Shown one piece after another: positions 54,300-64,000 of a stretch of DNA of 64,000 nucleotides (position 1 is the stretch's first letter; each line of letters starts with the position of its first letter). The stretch lies in the sequence record MG655269.1. One strand, given 5' to 3'. The notes below the pieces were generated by a model. It saw only the letters and a list, made by a program, of their open reading frames with translations, searched no databases and was not told the origin of the DNA. The translations under genes were made by a program, and so were the position numbers.

Positions 54300-57249
54300 T
54301 TAAGCTTGACTTCGCTGAGGTATGTTTCAGGAAGGTGATGGAGATGTCTTCTTTCACCGTTAAGGTTTCATCCGACGCCACATCTACCCGTTTCTTGATA
54401 GCACACCGCATGGTGTCATCTAATGCGGTCATGACTTTGATATCACCGTTCACCCCGAGTGCTTTAAACTCGATGTCAACCACATCCGACGTTCGATACG
54501 GTTTCAGCGCATCAACCAGATCTGTCAGACCAAAGGTTGCCCGGGCAATCACTGCAGCAATCGCTGGACTCACTTTCGCTGACAGGTTGTCACGCAACGA
54601 GGTGTTCTTGTAACCGTTGTCGGTCATGTAGAAGGTTACGTCAAAACCAATCGCGGCGGAGATCTGACGAGACTCTCGTGCATTGGCAATCACATCGATC
54701 AAGCCCAGGGTTTGTTTCGGTCGTAACGACACCGTGGTCTTCTCAAGCAACTGCCGCTTCACCGTGACCATATCTTGCGTCACCCAGTCAACCAGATCAG
54801 AGATCACATCAGTGATGTATGTCTTATCCAGCGGGTTACCGGTAAAGTAGTAGACACCATCCAGACCCACCACATCGATCTCACGCACCACCACACGTTC
54901 ATTAAGCGGGATAGGGTTACCTTGCTCATCCGACTTAATGTCACCCACCCGATAACGATAGATGATGTTGTTATCAGCGTCATACATGATGTCGCCTTTG
55001 GCGTGCAGGATGATCGGTTGGTTGTTGCTGTCAAACACCAATTGGTTAGTGACCGCATCACGCTGATACACCGTCTCTGCATAACGCCATGGTACATCGA
55101 CATCGTACTTCTGATACTCGATGTCAGACACCACTGAACGCGACCGCTGGTACAGATAGGTCAGGGCTTTACCCATCACCACATCGTAGGACTGCTCCGT
55201 CACCACCACGAACTGCTGATCCAGGTAGAAACTCCCCAGCTTCTTATCACTGTCGCTGTACACCACGTCATTCGGTGATTTGGCCACCGCAATACAGTTC
55301 AGCAGGATGAAGTTCTTTTCCAGTACCGAGCGCAACTTAGACGGTGCATTACCAAACTGACCAAAGGAGGTCAGGATGATCTCGTCCTCGTTGGTGATGT
55401 CGAGATTACTGTCAATATCAAACTGCCAGACACGTTCGCGGGTTGCTGTCCGACCGATCATCACGCCATTGAGGTAGCCGTAGTTGCTTTCCCCTTCCGG
55501 CATGAACAGTAACTGACACGCCACATCACTGTCCGCCAGGTCTTTGTAGTAATCACCTGAACTCGTCACCACGGTTGCTCTAAAGCCATTGGCGGTTTTG
55601 GTAAAGGTAAAACTGTCCGCCACAAGTTCAACACCGATGGAGTTGTTCTCATAGCTGAATACCCGACCTGCCACAGAAGGACGATCCAGATCATAGACCC
55701 GAGTGGTAAACGCATCGTTATTCGCATCCAGCACCATGTAGAAAGGTGAGAACATGAACACGTTGTTGTTGACCGTCAAGGCCCGGCTGTCTAATCCCGC
55801 GCCGTTGATCGTGGCCAGCTCCGCATCCGATACCATGTTGTAGATACCGTTGACCAACCGGTATAAGGCTGTCGGAGTGATGGTGATGCGATTGCCGTTA
55901 TCACGCACTGCGGTATTACTGACCAACTGCAACATCGATGACTGCAGGGTAATAATCCCGGTGCCGGCCGGCGTATTGATGCCAGACTTGTTGGTCTGCG
56001 GATTCAGTGACCGTGTCGCGTGGTAAATGCGTTGCGTCACTGTGTCTTCTGATTTCAATGCCCCGTAGCCTAAATCGACCAGGGTTTGTGAGACCTGCGC
56101 TTCAGTAATCGGTAAGACCGTTTTGTTGGCCGAATAGATCACCGCTTCACGCAACGCTTCAACACTGAGACCATTCACCCCACCGCTGACACCGCTGCTG
56201 ATCGACATGGTCTTTTCATTAAAGACGGTCAATGGGGTAGAGTACTTATCCAACACCCGATCTTCGTAATTGAAGTCGCGGTAGACCGCACTGATTGAAG
56301 AAGACTGCAGCGCCAGCGTTTCGATAACCAGGTTACCTTTACTGGTGTAGACATCTGCCCGCACCTGACGACCCACTGCCAGATTGTTGGAGATGTAGAT
56401 TTCCGGTAGCACAACCTTCACTGAGTCTTCTAACACCTGGGCGACGAAGGTCAGCTTGGTGTTGTCATAGACCAGGTCATCATGGGTGACATACGCCTCT
56501 TCCCACTCATCGGTGACATTCGCCCGTGTAAAGACACGCAGGTAATAGAACTGATCACCTTTTAATGGATAGGTATTGCGATACCCACTCATGCTGGTAA
56601 TCTGACCGTAATAAGGCTGGGCTTTGAACTGACGTAAAGGTACCGTGATGTAGAGCAGTTCAACCCCGTTGAAGATCGCAGTCCGCCAGGTTAACTGGTT
56701 GGTCTCAACCGTCAGTAACGGACTGGGTTGCGACACATCGTACACCACCACAAAGCCGCCATGTTTCATCACCCGGATTTCAATCGGATACTCCAGACTG
56801 AAGGTGACATCCATCACCGTGATTTCCGTGTTGCGTGGAATCACCATCTTCGAGTAGATGCTGTCGATGTCATCGTTGCCACTGCTGTCGAGCTGCACTG
56901 CACGCGCCCGAATCTCATCGGCATTGAAAATGAAGTTGGTGGTGATACGTGACGGGGTACAGAAACGGTTCTTGTAATCCTCATCACTCATGTTGCGATA
57001 CAGATCTTCATACGTCCGCGCCATCTTCGGGTAGTACGCCGTATAAAGGTCTTCATGGTTTTGCATCACTGCTGAACCGGTCAGAGCAACCAGCTCAAAA
57101 GCAAACATCGCGGGGTTGGTGGCATTCATGATATCAATCGTGCCATCCATGTTTTGATCTAACAGATCGAGTGTGTAGTCCATCATCAAAGATGGATCAT
57201 TACGCAGGTCGATCATTTTCTGTTTACGTACGTCGATGCTGTCGCTCAT
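54292..57249 (-). CDS. Baseplate wedge protein (phiKZ gp87-like, T4 gp6/baseplate J-like)
   Basis: 985 aa; GG...LSVEALRE.....LPITEAQ gp6-type motif; synteny. Confidence 0.72.
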   Translation of the reverse strand: MSDSIDVRKQKMIDLRNDPSLMMDYTLDLLDQNMDGTIDIMNATNPAMFAFELVALTGSAVMQNHEDLYTAYYPKMARTYEDLYRNMSDEDYKNRFCTPSRITTNFIFNADEIRARAVQLDSSGNDDIDSIYSKMVIPRNTEITVMDVTFSLEYPIEIRVMKHGGFVVVYDVSQPSPLLTVETNQLTWRTAIFNGVELLYITVPLRQFKAQPYYGQITSMSGYRNTYPLKGDQFYYLRVFTRANVTDEWEEAYVTHDDLVYDNTKLTFVAQVLEDSVKVVLPEIYISNNLAVGRQVRADVYTSKGNLVIETLALQSSSISAVYRDFNYEDRVLDKYSTPLTVFNEKTMSISSGVSGGVNGLSVEALREAVIYSANKTVLPITEAQVSQTLVDLGYGALKSEDTVTQRIYHATRSLNPQTNKSGINTPAGTGIITLQSSMLQLVSNTAVRDNGNRITITPTALYRLVNGIYNMVSDAELATINGAGLDSRALTVNNNVFMFSPFYMVLDANNDAFTTRVYDLDRPSVAGRVFSYENNSIGVELVADSFTFTKTANGFRATVVTSSGDYYKDLADSDVACQLLFMPEGESNYGYLNGVMIGRTATRERVWQFDIDSNLDITNEDEIILTSFGQFGNAPSKLRSVLEKNFILLNCIAVAKSPNDVVYSDSDKKLGSFYLDQQFVVVTEQSYDVVMGKALTYLYQRSRSVVSDIEYQKYDVDVPWRYAETVYQRDAVTNQLVFDSNNQPIILHAKGDIMYDADNNIIYRYRVGDIKSDEQGNPIPLNERVVVREIDVVGLDGVYYFTGNPLDKTYITDVISDLVDWVTQDMVTVKRQLLEKTTVSLRPKQTLGLIDVIANARESRQISAAIGFDVTFYMTDNGYKNTSLRDNLSAKVSPAIAAVIARATFGLTDLVDALKPYRTSDVVDIEFKALGVNGDIKVMTALDDTMRCAIKKRVDVASDETLTVKEDISITFLKHTSAKSSLTA

Positions 57250-57258
57250 CGTAGCCTC

Positions 57259-58284
57259 TTATTTTTGATCCTTCGGAACCCACCACTGGAATTCGTTCGT
57301 CATCACGTCGATATAAGGATAACCAATAAAGTTGTAGCGCTGCATTTCACCCGGGGAGATTTTGCGGAAGAACGTGTTACGGTTCGCGGCTTTCATCTGC
57401 GGGTTAAATAACTCGACACAACTGTTGAAATCCAGGATCAGGGATTGCGTGTTATAGCGCCAGCCCACACACTGCCAGTTACAACTGATTTGGTTATTGT
57501 TCTTGATCAGTGGGGTGTCTTTGGTGGTGCCAAAGTCAAACGCATTACCAATCGGGTTGGTGGTACAGATTGCTGCGTAGGGTGCACCGATCTTTGTCAC
57601 ATAGCGTGAAGTCTGATCCAGGATGATGCGATAGAAGCGCATGGTGTAATCAATATAGTTGTTAACAATGGCGTCCCAATAGGGAACCATGTCGCCAAGG
57701 TATACCGATGAGCTGTACGTTTGCAGCAGATCCAGAATCATGGTGATCGGGTCACCTGAGATGTTGGTGTGCGTTGATGTCACCTGATAGGCTTCATTAA
57801 ACTCCGACTGACCATCAACCATCGACCAGGTTTCTTTACGTGAGCCTGGTGGTGCAGTAAAGGTATCAATCACGATATCGGGAAAACCGGTCATCGATTC
57901 CAGGGTGTTTGATAAAATGGACACGAAGGCCTGTTGGTTATCAAACAGTCTGGAGTAGCTTTTTCGATCAATTGTGCCGGTCGCATCAAACATCGAACGG
58001 ATCGCACCTGGGATCGTATCGGCGTTGTTTGAAGCAAGCGAAAGCAGCTTTTCTTGTCGATTCAGATTATCGTATGACAGGTTAAGGATTGGGCGTGTGA
58101 AAAAGGTATACCCCATGACGTCTTTGTTGATGGGTAGAAAGGCGCTACGGTTACTGAATTTGTTCAAACCCCAATAGTTATGCGCAAGCGATGAGGTTAC
58201 ACTACCATACCCGGACTCCCTTGCAGCCGAGTCAATACTCTCGGTCCACAACCCAGGATTGTAGTCGTCATTGTCATTGGCCAT
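57259..58284 (-). CDS. Virion baseplate/tail-tube-like protein (phiKZ gp88-like)
   Basis: GYTFFTRP.LNLS and GFPD motifs recalled from phiKZ-like virion proteins; synteny. Confidence 0.6.
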   Translation of the reverse strand: MANDNDDYNPGLWTESIDSAARESGYGSVTSSLAHNYWGLNKFSNRSAFLPINKDVMGYTFFTRPILNLSYDNLNRQEKLLSLASNNADTIPGAIRSMFDATGTIDRKSYSRLFDNQQAFVSILSNTLESMTGFPDIVIDTFTAPPGSRKETWSMVDGQSEFNEAYQVTSTHTNISGDPITMILDLLQTYSSSVYLGDMVPYWDAIVNNYIDYTMRFYRIILDQTSRYVTKIGAPYAAICTTNPIGNAFDFGTTKDTPLIKNNNQISCNWQCVGWRYNTQSLILDFNSCVELFNPQMKAANRNTFFRKISPGEMQRYNFIGYPYIDVMTNEFQWWVPKDQK

Positions 58285-58337
58285 TACTCATCACCTCTTT
58301 GAAATAGAATATCCGTTGAATCCATAGGAGTACTTTT

Positions 58338-59504
58338 ATGTTACCATTAGTTACGGGGGCGATTACACTGGCCAGTTCGCTTGCGCTTGTCGCCGAACGT
58401 ATTCTGGCAGCCAAGAAAGCTGCTGGTGAAGTCGCTGGTACTGTTGACAATACGTTGGCCACGTTAGGCCAGATGGGCACACGTGATTTGGTAACCTTTA
58501 CCAAGGTGACCCGCATGGAACCTCTGGTGTTGTTAGATGATCGTTTGAAGTTTGATCCTTCGACCCCGGAGATCCTGCAAGTACTGACCAGTTTGATTGC
58601 CGGCTACTATACCCAGGCGTTTGCCCTGCTGGGCCAGGTCGACGGTATTGACGTCATCGGCACCCTGGATAAGCTGAACCCGTCACGTACTGGTATTGGC
58701 CTGAACAACTTTGAAGGTGATCTTGAGAAAGACGGCCTCCATAAATTTAGTAACCAGTCAAATACCCCTCTCTATAGTATCGGGCTGGAAGCACTGACTG
58801 AAGTGCAGAGCGCCGAGAACAAGCCGGTTAAAATCCAGACCGATAAAAATGTCGTGGCTGATATTTCGGCACCGACTAACCTGGCGCTGGGTAAGATGAT
58901 CAAGGTGACCTTGTCAGCTAATGGCAACACCATTGAGATCCCAATCACCATCCGTGTGAAACCTGTCACTACCGGTAGCGATGCCGTTACGGCGATTCTG
59001 GCCATCGGTACCACGAAGAACACCGTGGCTGAGCGCTGGAACCGTTTCAAAGCTGGCGAGCTGACCTTCACTAACCTGGCCACTGGTGATGACGTGATTC
59101 GTCAACACAAGAAGATCCTGGTGCAGGATACCTCGGGCTTCTATGCCGAGATCACCCGTCGTGCCCGTGGTAATGCGAAGAAAGGCGCCCTGTCCGGTAA
59201 CCTGTCGCTGGCTACGGATTCTAACGTGGTAATGATCTCTTCAGCCACGGCGCTGGATGTGGGTCGCGAGCTCGGCGGTGAACTGTCCAACTTCCGTATC
59301 CGTGAAGCGATGTTCGCCAAGGTGTACTCTAACATGCTGATCATCGTGGATGACCTGCGTGGCATGGTCTCCTTCTACTACCGCGGTGAGTCATTACCAA
59401 ACGTGCTGTCGCTGCAGGATATCAAACTGTATAACAAAGGCAGCGGTCCAGACATCATGTCGATCTTCAGTGCGTTTGCTGAAAACAAAATCCCTTCCCT
59501 TTAA
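58338..59504 (+). CDS. Virion head protein (phiKZ gp89-like)
   Basis: SD GGAG; IGLE-A processing site; NLA.GK.I.V motif. Confidence 0.68.
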   Translation: MLPLVTGAITLASSLALVAERILAAKKAAGEVAGTVDNTLATLGQMGTRDLVTFTKVTRMEPLVLLDDRLKFDPSTPEILQVLTSLIAGYYTQAFALLGQVDGIDVIGTLDKLNPSRTGIGLNNFEGDLEKDGLHKFSNQSNTPLYSIGLEALTEVQSAENKPVKIQTDKNVVADISAPTNLALGKMIKVTLSANGNTIEIPITIRVKPVTTGSDAVTAILAIGTTKNTVAERWNRFKAGELTFTNLATGDDVIRQHKKILVQDTSGFYAEITRRARGNAKKGALSGNLSLATDSNVVMISSATALDVGRELGGELSNFRIREAMFAKVYSNMLIIVDDLRGMVSFYYRGESLPNVLSLQDIKLYNKGSGPDIMSIFSAFAENKIPSL

Positions 59505-59516
59505 GGATCTCGTTCG

Positions 59517-60410
59517 ATGAACATTTTTAACTACGTCAAAGGCCTGATTGGTACGGTTGACAAACGCGATGTCCTAAGCGAGATCGATGCCCTGCGTGAT
59601 GAGCTCACCCGGTTCACCATTAACAACTATGCGAAAGCCATGGATGTTAATGTCAACACCGACGGCAGTAATTACTACGTAAAACAGATCAGCCGTGAAT
59701 TCGCGAAAGTGAAACAGGTTGAAGGTTTACGTGGTCAGAACCTGATCGCTCAAACGTACATCTCCTTAAAGCAGCTGACCCTGACCCTGGAGTGGATGCG
59801 CAAACAGGTTGAGCGTGAGTACGGCGGTCGTATTGCCCGTGAAGCCGTTGACTTTAAACAAGCCAACTTCCTGCGCTATATCGACTCGATCGACTTCTAC
59901 CTGCGTTACGCTCGCTCCATGCTGCTCGTGGTGACGTCCCTGAATGCTAACCCATCAGCGGATATCACTAAAGGCTTCACGGTGCATGAGATCCGTTTCC
60001 TGACCGATACTGCTGTGCACTTCATCTACCTGACCTCGCTGTTCTCACAGCCGGTGAGTGTGACTGAGAAAGTGTTCGATGCGGTGCCATCGGTTGTGGT
60101 CTCCGATGCGGATCAGCAAGCGATCGAAGCAGTACTGGGTAACAAGACTGATGTGGCGAGGTCTAACTTCATCCCATTGGGTTACAACCCGTTCTTCCTG
60201 ATTGGTCGTCTGCGTGCTGAACGTCGTGTGAAACGCCTGCGGGCAGCTGAAGCGGCAGCCATTGCCACTGAGCTGACCTTGAGCAAGCTCATGGACAAAC
60301 AAGCAGGCGGGTCAGAAGACCCCACCATTCAGAAACAAATTGATCATTATCAGAATCAGTTGAACCGACTGAACTTTGAGATCGATCAGATCAAATCCGA
60401 AGTCGAGTAA
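59517..60410 (+). CDS. Virion head protein (phiKZ gp90-like)
   Basis: SD AAGGA; NF...GYNPFFLIG motif with C-terminal coiled coil. Confidence 0.66.
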   Translation: MNIFNYVKGLIGTVDKRDVLSEIDALRDELTRFTINNYAKAMDVNVNTDGSNYYVKQISREFAKVKQVEGLRGQNLIAQTYISLKQLTLTLEWMRKQVEREYGGRIAREAVDFKQANFLRYIDSIDFYLRYARSMLLVVTSLNANPSADITKGFTVHEIRFLTDTAVHFIYLTSLFSQPVSVTEKVFDAVPSVVVSDADQQAIEAVLGNKTDVARSNFIPLGYNPFFLIGRLRAERRVKRLRAAEAAAIATELTLSKLMDKQAGGSEDPTIQKQIDHYQNQLNRLNFEIDQIKSEVE

Positions 60411-60420
60411 GGAGTCCGTC

Positions 60421-60960
60421 ATGGCAGATCGTGTTAGTACTGGTGCAGAGATTATCTACGGCACCGGCTTTACCTCCCATGGCGGCCCAGGACAGCAAGG
60501 CGTAAAGATCAACGTCGACAACAACGTCATTGATCTTTACCAGCGTTTGGCAGGCAACATCACGCTCGCCGGTAACTTTAACTTCCGAAAAGAAGTGTGT
60601 GTTACTGCTGCACGACTGTTACTGCCATTGCCAAACTGGCTCCTGGCCACCCGTAGTAATTACCTGCACTCCAAACACGCGCTGTTGTTCGCCCGTGACC
60701 TGGGGTTGATTGCGATGGGTAAGAGTCCGGACATGAGTGTGATGACGCGCATGCGTCTGTTTTCACCCAGTTCTGTGAAGTCCAACCCGGGTGAGCTGAA
60801 TGCGTCGAATTACGATGCACTCTCGTTGATCCCTAATAAGTTCATTGATGAGCTGCGTACCTATTCCAATGGTGCACAGCTGGCTAACCTGACCCGCGAC
60901 GCACAGCATGTGAAAGACCTGGTCACGTCATTATATGTCATGTTTGGTTCTGTTGAATAA
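60421..60960 (+). CDS. Virion structural protein (phiKZ gp91/92-like by position)
   Basis: SD AAGGAG before ATG 60421. Confidence 0.62.
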   Translation: MADRVSTGAEIIYGTGFTSHGGPGQQGVKINVDNNVIDLYQRLAGNITLAGNFNFRKEVCVTAARLLLPLPNWLLATRSNYLHSKHALLFARDLGLIAMGKSPDMSVMTRMRLFSPSSVKSNPGELNASNYDALSLIPNKFIDELRTYSNGAQLANLTRDAQHVKDLVTSLYVMFGSVE

Positions 60961-60997
60961 CAGGCCTCAAAATCGGAATGTAGAGGATACGTAAAAA

Positions 60998-62587
60998 ATG
61001 AGTAAAGCATACCTCCATACCCTGCTGACTGCAGGTAATGAAGCGTTTGATGCAGCCGGCGAACCAGTGGGTGTGACTGTGGTTGATGCCCCGATCGAAG
61101 TGCCTGTTGTTGCAGACCCAGCAGTTGAGCCAGAAGCCCCAGCGGTAACTGATGCGCCAGTGGTTACGCAGGACCCGGTTGAGCCTGATCCAGAACCAGC
61201 AGCGGTCGTCGTTGCCATCAACGAAGATGAGAAAGAGCTGGTCATTGCGTCTACTGAAGCGGCTGCGGCCGAAGTGGTTGTGATCGAATCTGATTGCGCG
61301 CTGGAAGAAGTTGAAGACCTGCTCGACGACCAGATCCAGGTTGTAGCGGAAACTGAAAACATCGTCGCCTCTATGGAATCGTTCGTCGGTTCTGCGATGA
61401 CCATGCAGGATGCGCAAGCCCTGCAGCAGTGGGTGCATAACGCCACCCGTGGTCAGTATGATCAAGCTAAAGTTGTCGGCTCTCTGGAAGCGTTCGGTAA
61501 CGACGTCTCTACCGATGATGCGCTGAACGCTGGCCTGGAAGGGATCGGCGAGTTCCTGAAAGCTGCCCGTAACAAAGCAGCTGATCTGCGTAAAGTCATG
61601 GTTGCGCGCTGGAACGCTTTCTTCAAAGATGTGTTCGTGGGCTTTGATAAAGTTGCACGTCGTGCTGATGCGCTGGGTAAACTGGCGAAAGGTACTTCAG
61701 GCGAATCCAACTCCTCTACTATTCAGCTGCCGCTGGATACGGCCTGGCGTCTGGTGAAAGATGGTAAGGTTTCTCAGAACCTGCCGAAAGATCTGGGTGA
61801 CCTGGGTAAATTTGCCAAGGCGGTCTTTAAAGACAACCCGGAAGCGCTGCTGGTGCATCGTAAGAAACTGGTTGACATCGCTGTTCGTCTGTCTACTGCT
61901 GACTATGACGACGCACTGAAGATCGGCAAAGAGCTGGTGAACTTCGAACTGCCAAGCGTTGGCGTGTGCAAAACCAAAGTGGTCAACAACTCCAACACGG
62001 TTGATGTGTATCGCTCTGATGAGTTCCTGGGTGCGCTGTCTATTTTCTATTGCAAGCCTGTTGACAAAATCAATGCGCAGTTACCACTGCCGCGTCAGCT
62101 GTCTGACAAGTTCAACTCCATCATCGCGATCGATGTGAGCGTGTCTGAAACCGGTAAGAAAACACCGAAGCTGGATGTCTCTATTGATACCCTGCAGCCG
62201 GCTGAAATCGCCAAAGTGGCTGATGATGTTAACGCTATCCTGGGTGACATCCGTCAGTACCGCACCAACTACGGTGAGTGGTATGCTGCGAACAGCGATC
62301 TGGATCGTGTGATCGGTATCCTGGCGAACGTACCGTGGTCTGGCGATGCTGGCACCACTACTGTCGACAGCACCACTGATGCCGAGGGTAACACCTCAAC
62401 CATCGTGAACATCATCGGTCTGAACCGCGACCTGGCGGATGTGATTGAAGGCATGCATGACATGTATAGCTACCTGTCTGTGAGCCCGATCCGTGTCCTG
62501 TCTGCTGAACTGCTGCCAATCCTGAACCGTGCACTGGAAGTGGGTGAACGTTCTCTGGCAACCTACAGCGACAACAACCTGGCGTAA
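60998..62587 (+). CDS. Abundant internal head protein (phiKZ gp93-family) with acidic propeptide
   Basis: AGNE-A, SME-S, SLE-A and AGLE-G cleavage motifs in an E/V/A/P-rich N-terminus. Confidence 0.75.
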   Translation: MSKAYLHTLLTAGNEAFDAAGEPVGVTVVDAPIEVPVVADPAVEPEAPAVTDAPVVTQDPVEPDPEPAAVVVAINEDEKELVIASTEAAAAEVVVIESDCALEEVEDLLDDQIQVVAETENIVASMESFVGSAMTMQDAQALQQWVHNATRGQYDQAKVVGSLEAFGNDVSTDDALNAGLEGIGEFLKAARNKAADLRKVMVARWNAFFKDVFVGFDKVARRADALGKLAKGTSGESNSSTIQLPLDTAWRLVKDGKVSQNLPKDLGDLGKFAKAVFKDNPEALLVHRKKLVDIAVRLSTADYDDALKIGKELVNFELPSVGVCKTKVVNNSNTVDVYRSDEFLGALSIFYCKPVDKINAQLPLPRQLSDKFNSIIAIDVSVSETGKKTPKLDVSIDTLQPAEIAKVADDVNAILGDIRQYRTNYGEWYAANSDLDRVIGILANVPWSGDAGTTTVDSTTDAEGNTSTIVNIIGLNRDLADVIEGMHDMYSYLSVSPIRVLSAELLPILNRALEVGERSLATYSDNNLA

Positions 62588-62605
62588 CCGTCATAAGGCA
62601 AAGAG

Positions 62606-63991
62606 ATGTCTTTACACCAAAAGCTCCTCTCTGCCGGGCTGGAGGCGTTTGATGCGCCTCCGGCTGCTCCGGTAGTAGCGGCAGTAGTACCTGCTCCATT
62701 TGATAACAACGCCCCGGTTAGCGAAGACCCGGAACTGCTTCGTGAAGAGACTGCTGCCCGTTTAGCGCTCGTGTCGATCATCGAAGCGGAACGTGACGAA
62801 GAAGACTCTCGGTCAGCGGTTTATGAACTGCGTCGTCTGTCTGATGGTTTGGAAGGGTTGATGGTTGAGATTCAAAACGTCAACAACCCAGAAGAACCGA
62901 CTGAAGACGAAATGGCGATGTTGAAAGCCACCGCCCAGCAAGTACGTAAAGAGCTGCTGGAAGATGGTGAGCAAGAACTCGTCATCAATGTCGAAAACGG
63001 CATTCTGGTTGGTTCACAGGAAGGTCTGGCTGATGCCCTCAGTAATGTGGCGAAGAAGATCGGTTTTGCATTAGGTAATGCAGCGAAAGGTTTACTGAGC
63101 AAAGGCGAGCAGGCGAAAGCGCCGTTGTCTTATAACCGTAAACTGGCAGCTGAACTGAAAGCGAAAATCGATAAGCTCGGCACGACTGAATTTGACTTTA
63201 CCATGCCAGCTGATCTGGTCCGTCAGATTCGTGTGAGTGATACCGGTCCGGTTGATGCACTCAAAGCAGTAGCAGACTTCCCGGCAGCACTTGAGGCTTG
63301 GTATCTGACCCCTGCTGATGCAGCAATGAACCTGTTTGAAAAACACGCCAACATCGTGCAGGCGATTGCCGGTAGCAAGACTCTCGAAGAGTTCAATACG
63401 AATTATGCGAAACTGAGCTCACTGGCGCCACCGCTGCCTGCAGGCGCTAAACGCCTTGATCCGATTAACACGCGGGATTATATCTTCGACGTTAATGAAC
63501 ATCACCCAAGTATGGGTCGTGTGGCTCGCTACTATTATGTTGCGCGTCCGGATGTGGGTAAAACGCCTGAAGATAAAGCGCTGGATAATGTCATTGCTTT
63601 GGCGCAGTATTCGACCGGGATCTATCCGTTCGATAAGATCTCTAAACGCAAAGCAACTGATGAGCAGGTGAAGTTCAGCGCGGCTGAAGTCAAAGGCTTG
63701 CTGGATGACATGCTGAAAGCGTGTGACGTGGTTGATAAGTACCTTTCACGTCTTGCAGTCGCCAGCACAATGGATAAGCGCTACAACGCTCTGGTTGATT
63801 TACTCAATAGCGACTTGCGTAAACAAGAGTGGTGTTCCACAGAAGTCAACCGCATGGCACGCGTTGCGTTGATCTCAATGGATGCGTATTATTCATACGG
63901 GTTTGCTTATACCAGTCGTGCTTACGAGCTGATGGAGGTGATCGTCAAGTTGGTGAAGAAAGCCGTGTATAAATCTGACCTCAGTAAGTAA
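62606..63991 (+). CDS. Internal head protein (phiKZ gp93-97 family paralog)
   Basis: N-terminus LH.KLL.AGLEAFD parallels 60998 (LHTLL.AGNEAFD); GSQE-G site. Confidence 0.75.
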   Translation: MSLHQKLLSAGLEAFDAPPAAPVVAAVVPAPFDNNAPVSEDPELLREETAARLALVSIIEAERDEEDSRSAVYELRRLSDGLEGLMVEIQNVNNPEEPTEDEMAMLKATAQQVRKELLEDGEQELVINVENGILVGSQEGLADALSNVAKKIGFALGNAAKGLLSKGEQAKAPLSYNRKLAAELKAKIDKLGTTEFDFTMPADLVRQIRVSDTGPVDALKAVADFPAALEAWYLTPADAAMNLFEKHANIVQAIAGSKTLEEFNTNYAKLSSLAPPLPAGAKRLDPINTRDYIFDVNEHHPSMGRVARYYYVARPDVGKTPEDKALDNVIALAQYSTGIYPFDKISKRKATDEQVKFSAAEVKGLLDDMLKACDVVDKYLSRLAVASTMDKRYNALVDLLNSDLRKQEWCSTEVNRMARVALISMDAYYSYGFAYTSRAYELMEVIVKLVKKAVYKSDLSK

Positions 63992-64000
63992 ACGGAGAAA

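Noticed and set aside
49728-63991. Repeated (A/S/G)-X-E motifs in the N-termini of structural proteins
   Set aside because: Known prohead-protease cleavage consensus of phiKZ/SPN3US-like phages; used as evidence, not novel.

Overview
This window is a 64-kb segment of a nucleus-forming, phiKZ-related jumbo myophage (Chimalliviridae-type). Its gene order and intervening accessory genes resemble the Erwinia RAY/Ea35-70 group; that placement is from recall and unverified. It opens inside the non-virion RNA polymerase beta' N-terminal subunit (NADFDGD motif). The conserved core block follows: SbcD-like nuclease, ChmC-like RNA-binding protein, gp68-like nvRNAP specificity subunit, PicA/Imp1-like import factor, gp70-like protein, nvRNAP beta and beta'-C subunits, and SF2 helicase. 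Next come an accessory region, a minus-strand tail/baseplate assembly pair, virion RNAP beta'-C, more accessory genes, the exonuclease half of the split family-B DNA polymerase, and the phiKZ gp83-gp94-like head/baseplate cluster. No tRNA, rRNA or CRISPR array was seen. The most notable signals are: (1) a full-length AcrVA2/FinQ-family protein; (2) a candidate programmed -1 frameshift (GGG-T8-AC at 34451-34463) joining a 539-aa ORF to a downstream ORF with no good start; (3) a recurrent intergenic hairpin + TTATGCCG element at gene ends on both strands; (4) a Tad2/DUF2829 sponge homolog; (5) a Q/M/P/Y prion-like tail next to the nuclear import gene; (6) several tandem paralog arrays, including HExxH metallopeptidase-like genes. 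All family calls come from motifs and synteny read by eye, without database searches.
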